DNA from: Spirochaetia bacterium
Lineage (GTDB): Bacteria > Spirochaetota > Spirochaetia > DSM-2461
Direction of reading: 5' to 3'
Length of the DNA stretch: 64,000 bases
Assembly: GCA_963666985.2 (NCBI GenBank)
Contig: CAXXIA010000002.1
Location: 3,040,001 to 3,104,000 of the forward strand
Below are positions 20,222 through 29,755 of this stretch, piece after piece. Under the pieces are notes generated by a model. That model saw nothing but the letters and a program-made list of their open reading frames with translations, was not told where the DNA came from and did no database searches. The stretch's first letter is position 1. The number at the start of each line of letters is the position of its first letter. The translations under genes were made by a program, and so were the position numbers.

Positions 20222-21163
20222 ATGGAGACATACGCCGTTATCGCCAAGGTCTTTCCTATTTTTCTGCTCTTTCTTCTCGGATACGTTTTCCGGCGAACCG
20301 GATTCCTTTCGGCATCAACCGCTTCGGAAATGAAAAAGCTGGTGGCGAACATCGCCCTGCCGGCGCTTCTGCTTCGGGCTTTTATGAGCATGGAACCGGG
20401 GCGGGATGAGGTGCTGCTGGCTCTGATGATGTTCGCGCTCTGCACCGTCCTGATGGTTGGTTCATTCGCTCTTTTTCGTCTGTTCCGCAGACGGGGGGAT
20501 ATCCGTTCTTACATGGTGAGCGGCTTCGAAGCGGGTATGCTCGGATACGCGCTTTTTCTTTCGGTCTTCGGGAGTGAAGCTCTGCCGGTGTTCGCGACCG
20601 TTGATCTGGGGCAGGTGCTGTTTGTCTTCATCGTTCTCATGCCGATGCTTTTGGCAAGAGCGCGGAGCACCGATGAGGGATTATCCGCATCCGGGATTCT
20701 CAGGTCCGTCCTGATGAATGTGGTGAAAAGCCCTGTTGTATGGTCCATCGTCGGCGGACTCATCCTCGGTGCCGTAAGCCGCGCTTTTCAGATTCCGCCC
20801 AAGCCCTTTGCCCCTCTCTCCGGTTTCCTGGAAATTGTCGGGAATCTAACGGCTCCTCTGATTGCCCTGGCGATTGGCTACGAATTGGAGTTCCGTAAGG
20901 ACCTTCTCGGCAAGGCCGCGCTTTTCGTGCTTGTTCGGAAAGCCGTTCTGATCGGCGCCGCTCTTTTACTGGCGCGGTTTCTGCCGGTGAAAAATCCGCT
21001 TATTCCCATGGCTTTTCTGACGATGCTTCTTCTTCCGCCGCCTTATGTGGTAACTCTGGCCGCCCGGGAGACTGAACAGCCTCTGGTTTCGGGGATTCTC
21101 TCGTTCAGTACGGTCGTCTCTATTCCGGCTTTCGCGCTGGCGCTTGTCTTGGGCGGCTTATGA
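20222..21163 (+). CDS. AEC (auxin efflux carrier) family membrane transporter
   Basis: Hydrophobic; N-terminal PIFLLFLLGY..RR, LVANIALPALL, second-repeat SPVVWSI. Confidence 0.75.
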   Translation: METYAVIAKVFPIFLLFLLGYVFRRTGFLSASTASEMKKLVANIALPALLLRAFMSMEPGRDEVLLALMMFALCTVLMVGSFALFRLFRRRGDIRSYMVSGFEAGMLGYALFLSVFGSEALPVFATVDLGQVLFVFIVLMPMLLARARSTDEGLSASGILRSVLMNVVKSPVVWSIVGGLILGAVSRAFQIPPKPFAPLSGFLEIVGNLTAPLIALAIGYELEFRKDLLGKAALFVLVRKAVLIGAALLLARFLPVKNPLIPMAFLTMLLLPPPYVVTLAARETEQPLVSGILSFSTVVSIPAFALALVLGGL

Positions 21164-22768
21164 GCGGTTTGAGGCGCTGCGCTTCTTTTCTTCTTTCATG
21201 GCGTACATGCCTTTATCCAGTTCGGCGATATCCAGGGTATCGTTCTCATTGATATTACAGAATCCGTAGCTGAAATCCACGTTTGAAATGTTTAAATTTC
21301 GGCGGAAATGATTACGGATTCTTTCAATGATTTTTTCAACGATGTCTCTGTTGGCTTCCTTCATGAGAATCAGGAATTCATCGCCTCCGTATCGGACGAC
21401 CAGATCGTCCTTACGGAGATTGGATTTGGCGGAATTGACCAGTTCCTTGAGGATTCTGTCTCCTTCTTCATGACCAAGGTTATCGTTGTATTCCTTGAAT
21501 CGATCCATATCCAAAAAGACGGCCGAGGCGAACATCCCATCCGGGATATCTTCCAGAATCCTTCGATTATAAGCATTCGTTAGAGTATCTTTATTGTATG
21601 CTTTTCGGAACAATTCCCGTTCCAAAAGCGCCTTTCGGTAATCCAGTAGGAATTCAACACTGAAAAGGACGAGTGTAATAACCGTTGTAAATTGCAGGAC
21701 GGAAGGAAGGTTCGGCGACACAATCATTATAAGAATAAGCTGAATCATGCCCAAAGAAATAAGTCCGGTACCGATGATGTAAAGAGGTTTGTATGAGAGT
21801 TCCTTATGAGTCAGGACAATCGTGATGATGCCGATGAAATGAAGAAGTGAAACAATCATCGCATATACCGAACGGGTGTGGAGAATCCCGACGGTGGGAG
21901 ATGCGATAACCAGGATGAGCGTTGCCAATACGGGAATCCAGCTCCAGCGGGATAGAGTGAATCGGCCGTTGGCCCTTCTGTCGACGGCCGCAAAATAGCA
22001 GTAGATACCGAAAAATGCGGCGACTAAAATCAGTCTTTTTACCAGCGCGTAAAACGCATAAGATCCGGTTGATGTCCGATACGTGAAATCAAAACAGTAA
22101 ATCGTTATAAAAAAACAGGTCAGACCTAAGAGTATTCCCTGAATCCGGTTGTAATCGGAATGCCGTGAGAAGAGGATCAGGATAATTCCAATGATCATGC
22201 ATCCGCCCATCAGGGTTATAAGAAAATCATGAATGATGAATTGAAAAAGAGCCTGTTTTTGAACGGCCTTTTCGGTTGGGATTAAATAAGGCTGACGACC
22301 CATCGCGATAATTTGAGTTCCCGTGAGTTCAAGAGTTACGGTGTTCTTGGAATCGGAGGAATTCGGAAGCTGGAAAACCATAAAATCATTCCAGATGTTC
22401 GCCGTTGGATTGGTTTTATCGGCGATATGAAAAACCGCTTTTCCATTAAAAGAGACGGAAACGGCTGTTGCGTTCAAATCCCAGAAACAGAGACTTTCGT
22501 TTTCCGTCGGGCCCATTTCCGTATAAAGCGTTAATGTCGCGGTATCGCGCAGGTTTTTAAGGAAAGGAATGTCTATGGAATGATTTCCCGATTCATCGAC
22601 GAGGTACCATTCGTTTTGATAAGCCTCGCCGGTACTGATTCTGGGAATGTAAAGGATTCCCTGTAAAACTGCGAAAAGCAGCAGAGATGCACTAATCGAT
22701 AAGAAAATGGTTCGCCGCCGATTTTGACGGATTCCGGTTTCAGCGCCTGATTGTTCTTTAATTTTCAT
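21158..22768 (-). CDS. Multi-TM (7TM-DISM-like) diguanylate cyclase
   Basis: Extracytoplasmic N-domain, about 7 TMs, DTLTNAYNRR, DMDRFK, RYGGDEF. Confidence 0.85.
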   Translation of the reverse strand: MKIKEQSGAETGIRQNRRRTIFLSISASLLLFAVLQGILYIPRISTGEAYQNEWYLVDESGNHSIDIPFLKNLRDTATLTLYTEMGPTENESLCFWDLNATAVSVSFNGKAVFHIADKTNPTANIWNDFMVFQLPNSSDSKNTVTLELTGTQIIAMGRQPYLIPTEKAVQKQALFQFIIHDFLITLMGGCMIIGIILILFSRHSDYNRIQGILLGLTCFFITIYCFDFTYRTSTGSYAFYALVKRLILVAAFFGIYCYFAAVDRRANGRFTLSRWSWIPVLATLILVIASPTVGILHTRSVYAMIVSLLHFIGIITIVLTHKELSYKPLYIIGTGLISLGMIQLILIMIVSPNLPSVLQFTTVITLVLFSVEFLLDYRKALLERELFRKAYNKDTLTNAYNRRILEDIPDGMFASAVFLDMDRFKEYNDNLGHEEGDRILKELVNSAKSNLRKDDLVVRYGGDEFLILMKEANRDIVEKIIERIRNHFRRNLNISNVDFSYGFCNINENDTLDIAELDKGMYAMKEEKKRSASNRS

Positions 22769-22903
22769 TTTTTATTTTTATCGGCTATAAAAATAAAATA
22801 CTGTACGAACCGTGATGAAAACGTAAACGAAACAACATTCGAGCAGCCCGGGGATAAGGAACTTGCGGCAGCCTGAATCCGAATGAATCTGCGCTGAATG
22901 CGG

Positions 22904-23221
22904 TTATTCCATCCGAAACACTTCTCGAAGAGGAATGCTGATTGGAGCGTTGTTTTCTTCGGTCTCCATAAGGTCGGCCATGTAATTCCACCATTTTTGC
23001 ACGGCCGGTTCTGCTCCCAAATCCTGAGAGCCTCCTTCGCCGGAAACCTTCTGCACGGCGAAGAGCGAGAGGGTTTGCTCATCATAAAAGATGCTGTAGT
23101 CCGAAATGCCGCCTTCCTTCAGAAGTTCCAGAATCTCCGGCCAGATTTCATCGTGGCGTTTTTTATATTCCTGAATGCAGGAAGCATTTTTGAGCTTCAT
23201 CTTGAAGGCGACTCGGGTCAT
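22904..23221 (-). CDS. rhaM: L-rhamnose mutarotase
   Basis: RVAFKMKL...EYKKRHDEIWPE...GISDYSIF...QKWWNYMADLMET...LREVF. Confidence 0.92.
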   Translation of the reverse strand: MTRVAFKMKLKNASCIQEYKKRHDEIWPEILELLKEGGISDYSIFYDEQTLSLFAVQKVSGEGGSQDLGAEPAVQKWWNYMADLMETEENNAPISIPLREVFRME

Positions 23222-23231
23222 GGGGGATCTC

Positions 23232-24275
23232 CTATTGATTCTTCAGTTCGGAATGCTGGGAGCGGAGTTTACGGCCCGCTTTCATGGAGTCCAGTATTTT
23301 CGGGATGAGAACGGCAACGATAAGCAGGGCTCCGGTTGTAATCACCATCACCTTGGCCTGAAGATTCACCAGGGCCATTCCGAATTTCAGGTAACCGACC
23401 AGAAGGCTTGCAATCACTACGCCGAAAATGTTTCCTTTACCTCCCGAAATGGAGACTCCGCCGAGAACAACCAGCATAATGGCATCCATTTCCCAGCCGG
23501 TGGCGATGTTGGGCCTGGTGGAACCGATGCGGCTGGTCAGCAGAATCGCGGCGATTCCGGCAAAAAGTCCGTTTAAGGCGAAATTGATGAATCGTATTCT
23601 TTCCACGGGAATGCCGGTGAAGCGGCTGGCCGAAGCCGAATTGCCGATGGCGAAAAGTTTTCGTCCGTAGGTTGTGTTGTGCAGAATGAAACCCATTATC
23701 AGCACAAGCAGCAAGTAAAGGAGCGCTTCAAAAGGAATAACGGTTCCCGGGATGTAGCCCTGTCCGAGATAGGCAAAATCCTCGGGGTAGTGTGTGTAGG
23801 CGTTATCCCTTAAAAGAGCCTGAGAAATTCCTCGAAAGACCGAAAGAGTCGCCAGGGTAACGGCGATGGCCGGAATCTTTACTTTGGTAACCAGCACCCC
23901 GTTGACGATTCCCGCGGCCAGTCCCGTTGCCGCACCCAGGAGAATCAGCGTTCCGGTTCCGGCTCCTTTCGAGGCCGCGTTTCCCATAACGAACGAAGAG
24001 AGCGCGATGATGGAAGCCACCGAGATATCGATGTCTCCGCAGAGGATGACGAAAATCATGGGCAGAGCCAGGATGGACTTTTCCATGAAGCTGAACGTGG
24101 CGTTCATCAGGTTGAAGTAATCCAGAAAGTAGGGACTGATTGCCGTGAAAAACACAAAAACGCCGATGAGAACCAGAAAGAGGATAAACTCCCACTGCGT
24201 GAGCATCCCGGTAATTCTTTTTTTAAGGGAAAACTCGTTTATGAGCCTGTCCTGTCTGACTAAGTTGCCGCTCAT
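23232..24275 (-). CDS. Rhamnose ABC transporter permease (RhaQ-like)
   Basis: RbsC-family motifs DIDISVAS, TTYGRKLFAIG, VVLGGVSI.GG.G; start taken at ATG 24275 (ATGA overlap). Confidence 0.88.
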   Translation of the reverse strand: MSGNLVRQDRLINEFSLKKRITGMLTQWEFILFLVLIGVFVFFTAISPYFLDYFNLMNATFSFMEKSILALPMIFVILCGDIDISVASIIALSSFVMGNAASKGAGTGTLILLGAATGLAAGIVNGVLVTKVKIPAIAVTLATLSVFRGISQALLRDNAYTHYPEDFAYLGQGYIPGTVIPFEALLYLLLVLIMGFILHNTTYGRKLFAIGNSASASRFTGIPVERIRFINFALNGLFAGIAAILLTSRIGSTRPNIATGWEMDAIMLVVLGGVSISGGKGNIFGVVIASLLVGYLKFGMALVNLQAKVMVITTGALLIVAVLIPKILDSMKAGRKLRSQHSELKNQ

Positions 24276-25255
24276 GCGAGCCTCCTGTTCAGGAGCATGG
24301 TCTCCCGCCGGCGTTCCATGACGACATTGAGTGTCATCGCCGCGATAACGATAAGTCCTTGGAATAATGTTTGAAAGAAAGCCATGTTGCGGATCATGGT
24401 CATGGAATTGTTCAATAGGCCCATAAAGAGCGCCCCGAGGATGACCCCCGGAACGGTTCCGCTTCCTCCGGCAACCGAAACGCCGCCGAGAACGCATGAC
24501 GCTACGGTCTGGAGTTCGAATCCCGTGCCCATTTCGTTCACCGCGGCGGCATACCGGGCCGCCCAGAGTACGCCGCCCAGTCCGCTGACAGTCCCGCTGA
24601 TTGCGAAGATAAGGAACTTCACTTTTTTTTCGCTTACACCGACCAGAACGGCCGCCGATTCGTTCCCGCCTATGGCGTAGATTTCCCGGCCGCTGCGGGT
24701 ATATTTCATGAAATAGTAGAACAGTCCGACGACGATTACGGCGAACCAGATAAGGTTGGGCACGCCGAGCACATGACCGTGCGGCAGGTTCATGAAGGAT
24801 TCGGTCATTTCATGCGCGGTAACCCATTGTCCTTTGCTCACCACGAAGGTAAATCCCCGGTAAACGCTCATGGTGCCCAGGGTGGCGATGATGGCCGGCA
24901 CCTTGCCGAAGGCCACCAGTACGCCGTTGATCATGCCCAGTCCCATGCCGATAAGCGTTCCCGCCAAAAGACAGATCCACGGAGACATTTCGGGATTGTT
25001 CATATTGATCAGGCTGGCGGACATGCCCGCCAAAGCGATGATGGAACCCACCGAAAGATCGATGCCCGCGGTCAGAATAACCAGGAATTGGCCGCAGGCC
25101 ACCATAACGAGTATGGAAGAGTCTTTCAGAATGTTCGCCAGATTCGACGGCTTGATGAACCGGGGCATGAAGATGGTCATCATAATCATGAAGAACAAAA
25201 TAAGGGCGATAAGAACCGCTTCTCTGTTTTCAAAGAGTCTGCCGATCCTCTTCAT
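24272..25255 (-). CDS. Rhamnose ABC transporter permease (RhaP-like)
   Basis: GIDLSVGS, TRSGREIYAIGGN, GFELQTVASCVLGGVS. Confidence 0.9.
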   Translation of the reverse strand: MKRIGRLFENREAVLIALILFFMIMMTIFMPRFIKPSNLANILKDSSILVMVACGQFLVILTAGIDLSVGSIIALAGMSASLINMNNPEMSPWICLLAGTLIGMGLGMINGVLVAFGKVPAIIATLGTMSVYRGFTFVVSKGQWVTAHEMTESFMNLPHGHVLGVPNLIWFAVIVVGLFYYFMKYTRSGREIYAIGGNESAAVLVGVSEKKVKFLIFAISGTVSGLGGVLWAARYAAAVNEMGTGFELQTVASCVLGGVSVAGGSGTVPGVILGALFMGLLNNSMTMIRNMAFFQTLFQGLIVIAAMTLNVVMERRRETMLLNRRLA

Positions 25256-26772
25256 GCCATGGCCTCCTCGCCGACCGCGGCGGTGGCGGCGAGCATCACG
25301 CTGTCGGGATTCGCTTCATCCCGATTCATAACGGAGGTAATGAATCCTTCGTGCATAACCACAATACGATCCGACATGCCCAGAACTTCCGGGAGCTCCG
25401 AAGATACCAGAATAATCGCCTTTCCTTCGGCGGCCATTTCCGAAACGATTTTATGAACCCGGGCTTTGGTACCCACGTCGATGCCCTTGGTCGGCTCGTC
25501 CAGAATGAGGATTTCGGGATCGGTGGATAGCCATTTGGCCAAAACCACTTTCTGCTGATTCCCGCCCGAGAGAGTGGAGGTGTTGACCGAGAGCCCCGCG
25601 GATTTAATTTCGATCTTCTTGGCGAAATCACTGGCGAGGATGCGTTCGGCCTTGCGGTCCAGTACGCCGAAGTGGGCCAAGTCGTCGATTTTCGGCAGAG
25701 TGATATTGTCGGTGATGCTCATATCAAGAATGGTTCCCTGTTCATGACGGTCTTCGGGAATGTAGGCGATACCGGCCCGCATGGCATCTTTCGGGCGTGA
25801 GAAATGAACCTTTTTGCCTTTGAGGCGAACCGTTCCGCCTGAAGCTTTATCGATGCCGAAAAGCACGCGCATAACTTCTGTTCTGCCCGCGCCGATGAGT
25901 CCGAAAAACCCGAGGATTTCCCCCTTATGGAGTTGAAAGCCGACATTCTTGAAAAATCCGATGCGGCTCAAGTTTTCCACTTCTAAAATACTCTCACCGA
26001 TTGCCGCTTCGCCCTTCGGAAAAAGCTGATCCAGAGAACGGCCGACCATCAGATTGATGATGCCGCCTACGGTGGCGTCGGCCACGTTCCCTTCGCCGAC
26101 CATTTGTCCGTCTCTGAAAACGGTGTAGGTATCACAGATATCGAAGATTTCTTCAAACTTGTGGGAAATGAAAATGATGGCTTTCCCTTCATCCCTCAGT
26201 CTCCGAATGATTTTGTAAAGATCTTCCACCTCGCGGAGGGTGAGGGCGCTGGTGGGTTCGTCCATAATAACGATTCGGGCATCGATGGAGAGAGCTTTGG
26301 CAATCTCCACCATATGTCTTTGGGCTACGCCGAGGCTCTTTACCGGAGCATCCGGAGAAATGCTGAGTTCCAGGGAATCCAACAGCTCCCGGGTTCGGGC
26401 CTTCATGGACTTCCAGTCGACCGGACCGCGGCCCTTTTTGCCTTTCTTGGTGTGATGCCCCATGAAAATGTTCTCGGTAACCGTCAGTTCCGAGAACATC
26501 GACGCTTCCTGGTGGATGGCCGTAATACCGGCCGCCTGGGCATCCAGAGCGGTTTTAAAAGTGACTTCACCACCGTCCATCAGAATCCGGCCGGCGGTTT
26601 GTTTGTACACTCCGGTCATAATTTTAACCAGAGTGGACTTCCCGGCACCGTTTTCACCGATCAGGGCGTGCACCTCTCCGGGACGGACCGTAAAATCAAC
26701 GTTGTCCAGAGCTTTGATGCCGGGGAAATACATGGAGATGTTTTTCAGCTCCAAGATGGGTTTCGTCTCCAA
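25252..26772 (-). CDS. Sugar ABC transporter ATP-binding protein (two NBDs)
   Basis: GENGAGKST, MDEPT, LSGGNQQK, LDEPTKGIDVG; TTG start. Confidence 0.93.
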   Translation of the reverse strand: METKPILELKNISMYFPGIKALDNVDFTVRPGEVHALIGENGAGKSTLVKIMTGVYKQTAGRILMDGGEVTFKTALDAQAAGITAIHQEASMFSELTVTENIFMGHHTKKGKKGRGPVDWKSMKARTRELLDSLELSISPDAPVKSLGVAQRHMVEIAKALSIDARIVIMDEPTSALTLREVEDLYKIIRRLRDEGKAIIFISHKFEEIFDICDTYTVFRDGQMVGEGNVADATVGGIINLMVGRSLDQLFPKGEAAIGESILEVENLSRIGFFKNVGFQLHKGEILGFFGLIGAGRTEVMRVLFGIDKASGGTVRLKGKKVHFSRPKDAMRAGIAYIPEDRHEQGTILDMSITDNITLPKIDDLAHFGVLDRKAERILASDFAKKIEIKSAGLSVNTSTLSGGNQQKVVLAKWLSTDPEILILDEPTKGIDVGTKARVHKIVSEMAAEGKAIILVSSELPEVLGMSDRIVVMHEGFITSVMNRDEANPDSVMLAATAAVGEEAMA

Positions 26773-27000
26773 ATTCTCGACCTCTTATTTCATCAGTTCT
26801 TGTTGATATGTCATATCTCTGTCCGGCGGCATCCTTCCTTCTCTTCAATTTTTTCAGGAACGATATCGCCGGATAAAGGGCCGCGCTTTTCGACTCTGGG
26901 TTTTATCGGCGCGGCCGTGTTTTTGAAGTAAACGAGGCCCGGCGCTTCTTTCCCCGAGGAAAGACGGCGGCCCGGACCTGTTCGGGTTCAACCGCCCGAT

Positions 27001-28014
27001 TTAGAAAATGGATGCGAAGTCCGCGACATTCGATGCGTCGAAGACGAACGGAGCGCCCATGATGGCTTCGCCGTTCGCGCCGACTTTGATCTCGCCCATC
27101 CGGCCCGCGGCAATCACATCGCCTTCGCCGCCGGCGGCCTTGCCGGAGATAAGAGCTTCACAGATGTAAGTTGCGCTGTAGCCCAGATCGACGGGATTCC
27201 ACAGGGCCATCTGGCCGCAGGTTCCGTTTTCGATGTAGTGCTGCATTTCGGAGGGAAGTCCCAAGCCGGTAAGCTGCACTTTGCCTTTCAGACCTTCGTC
27301 CTCGATGGCCTTGGCCGCTGCAAGAACGCCGACGGTGGTGGGGGAAATAATGCCCGCCAGGTTGGGATACTTGCTGAAGAGGCCCACGGCTTCTCTGTAA
27401 CTCTTATCCGAAGCATCGTCGCCGTAGACGACTTCGACGATTTTCATCTTGGCATACTCGGGCTTTTTGACTTCTTCGTACATCCACTTAATCCAGGCGT
27501 TCTGGTTGGTTGCCTGACTCGTGGCCGAAAGAATGGCGATTTCTCCCTTGTTGCCGCAGAGTTCGGCGATGAGCTGGACCTGCTGGCGGCCGATGAACTC
27601 GGCATTGGAAGGAGAGAGATTCACCATGCGGCCCGCGGCGGAGATGCCGGAGTCCCAGGAGATCACCTTAATGCCCGCGGCCATGGCCTTTTTGGTAACG
27701 GGCACTAGAGCGTCGGTGTCGTTGGCGCTGATGGCGATGGCGTCGACCTTTTGAGCGATGAGGGTTTCGATGATTTCAATCTGCCCCTCGGCCGTGGCCT
27801 GGCTCGGTCCCATGTATTCGACATCGATGTTGCCGAGTTCACCGGCCGCTTCCTGAGCACCGTCGTCACAGGCTTCGAAGAAGCCGTTTCCGAGGCTTTT
27901 TACCAGGAGAACCATCTTGTACTTGCCGCCATCGGCGGTGTCGGCTTTTCCTGAAGCGAAAACAGCGCCTGCGGCCAGAGAGAGCACGAGAAGGATGCTG
28001 AGAACCTTTTTCAT
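27001..28014 (-). CDS. Rhamnose ABC transporter substrate-binding protein
   Basis: Signal peptide MKKVLSILLVLSLAAGAVFA, VKSLGNGFF, ILSATSQATNQNAWI, TGLGLPSEM, LWNPVDLGY. Confidence 0.9.
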   Translation of the reverse strand: MKKVLSILLVLSLAAGAVFASGKADTADGGKYKMVLLVKSLGNGFFEACDDGAQEAAGELGNIDVEYMGPSQATAEGQIEIIETLIAQKVDAIAISANDTDALVPVTKKAMAAGIKVISWDSGISAAGRMVNLSPSNAEFIGRQQVQLIAELCGNKGEIAILSATSQATNQNAWIKWMYEEVKKPEYAKMKIVEVVYGDDASDKSYREAVGLFSKYPNLAGIISPTTVGVLAAAKAIEDEGLKGKVQLTGLGLPSEMQHYIENGTCGQMALWNPVDLGYSATYICEALISGKAAGGEGDVIAAGRMGEIKVGANGEAIMGAPFVFDASNVADFASIF

Positions 28015-28249
28015 TCCAAACTCCTTTTCCATAATGGAATATTTATTCAAATCATCGTTGTTCCCCGGAGCGTGATTTCACAAGAGACGAAATCTCATAT
28101 GCATGTGATTTATTCTCCGATCTTAAGCACTCATGCGACAATTTCTCGTATTGTAAGGACAAAAACTCCGATTCGAAGAATGGCAAGCCGGATATGGCCC
28201 TTCAAACCGCGATTTTTTTCAGCCGGTATCGGGGGAAAAGCCGGATGAA

Positions 28250-29755
28250 TTACTCTTCCGGTTCGGCCATCCACTCAGAGGGGGTTCGGCCGTAGCGGTC
28301 TTTAAAGAGTCGCGTGAAGTGACGCCCGCTTTGGTATCCCAGAGAACGGGCCACTTCGCCGACATTCGCTTCCCCGCGCCGAAGAAGTTCTTTGGATTTT
28401 TCCAATCTGAGTTCGGTCAGCCTTCGGGTGAAATTCATTCCGGTCTCTTTTTTAAAGACGGTGCTCAGATAGTTGGGCGTTACTCCGAGACGCTCTGCGA
28501 CCTGACCGATTCCGATGTTGTCCCTGTAAAAGCGTTCGAGAATTTTCATGGCGCGTTCCACCAGGGTGTGCGGTGTTTCTCCGGCGTCACGGTTTGCGGT
28601 ATTGATCGCGGCATCCGAAAAGAGATTATGTCCTTCTTCACGAATGCGCCGGGTCAAATCGCCAAAATCCGCCGGCATCGGCGGAGGCAGCGGAACGGCA
28701 AATCGGGCAAACCAAGCCGGACCGTCCTGAATCGGTTCGTTATCCGGAAAATTACGGACAGCCTCTTCCAGGCGGTGTGAGAGAACATGAAATTCAGCTT
28801 CTTGCCCCAAGGTGTACGCGTCGCGAAGATCCTGAAGAAGATTCGCGGCTTTTAGAAAGCGCTCCGAACCGGCATGCCGGACCATTTCATCATATTCGGT
28901 TATCCGGCCGGCTCCGAGGAGAAAGCGGAGAATCGATTCTTCATCGAGGATTTCGATTTCGCGGAATAATTCTTCCGGTTCCTTAACCGCCCGTGTAAGA
29001 AGCCATGTATCTCCGATTCCCTCACCGGTCAGATTCCCGGTTATCGCCCGCAGCTCGTCGAATCGACGGCGCCACAACCGGGGAATTCCGACAGCGGACT
29101 GATTTCCCAATGTTGTTGCCAGGATAATAAGGAGACTTCCGTCTTTCATGGAAACAACACTGCCCGAGGAATCGTCGTACGTGTCGAGTTCCCCGATAAT
29201 CCGGCCCGCGAAATCTCTTCTGCGGCGCAGGATTTCTTCATGCGGCAAAAGGCTGTCCCAGATAACCATACAGGCCTGCCAGATCCTTTTCTCCGCGAAA
29301 AACGCATCGTATCGGATGGAGGTGGTGTCTCCCAGTACGGCGGCCGCCTTCGCTTCCAGCTCCCGGTTGCCGCGATGCCGTCTTTCACGCATCTTAGCCG
29401 ACAATTTTTTCATCAGTATCTTAAGTTCGTCGGGATCCGCGGGTTTGAGAAGGAAGTCTTCCACGCCCAGTTTCACCGCTTTTTGCGCATAGGCGAAATC
29501 GGCATGGCCGGTAATCATAACCCAAAGGGTTTCCGGAGAATATTCCCGCGCCTCGGAAACGGCCTCAAGTCCGTCTTTTTTCGGCATGCGGATATCCACG
29601 AATGCTATGTGCGGCCGGATTTCACGAGCTTTTTCGATAAGTTCCAAGCCGTTTTCCGCTTCAACAACGGTTTGTCTTTCTCCCTGAATGTCTTCGAGAA
29701 TGCTGATCAGCCCGTATCGGACCAGAGGCTCATCATCGGCGATCAGGATTCTCAT
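28250..29755 (-). CDS. YesN-like response regulator (REC + AraC HTH)
   Basis: ILIADDE, VDIRMPKKDG, FLLKP; C-terminal NYLSTVFKKETG...GY....FTRLFK..G.TP. Confidence 0.9.
   Translation of the reverse strand: MRILIADDEPLVRYGLISILEDIQGERQTVVEAENGLELIEKAREIRPHIAFVDIRMPKKDGLEAVSEAREYSPETLWVMITGHADFAYAQKAVKLGVEDFLLKPADPDELKILMKKLSAKMRERRHRGNRELEAKAAAVLGDTTSIRYDAFFAEKRIWQACMVIWDSLLPHEEILRRRRDFAGRIIGELDTYDDSSGSVVSMKDGSLLIILATTLGNQSAVGIPRLWRRRFDELRAITGNLTGEGIGDTWLLTRAVKEPEELFREIEILDEESILRFLLGAGRITEYDEMVRHAGSERFLKAANLLQDLRDAYTLGQEAEFHVLSHRLEEAVRNFPDNEPIQDGPAWFARFAVPLPPPMPADFGDLTRRIREEGHNLFSDAAINTANRDAGETPHTLVERAMKILERFYRDNIGIGQVAERLGVTPNYLSTVFKKETGMNFTRRLTELRLEKSKELLRRGEANVGEVARSLGYQSGRHFTRLFKDRYGRTPSEWMAEPEE

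Noticed and set aside
26800..27000. GC-rich hairpins between the binding-protein and ATPase genes
   Set aside because: Typical mRNA-stabilising spacer of sugar ABC operons; nothing distinctive
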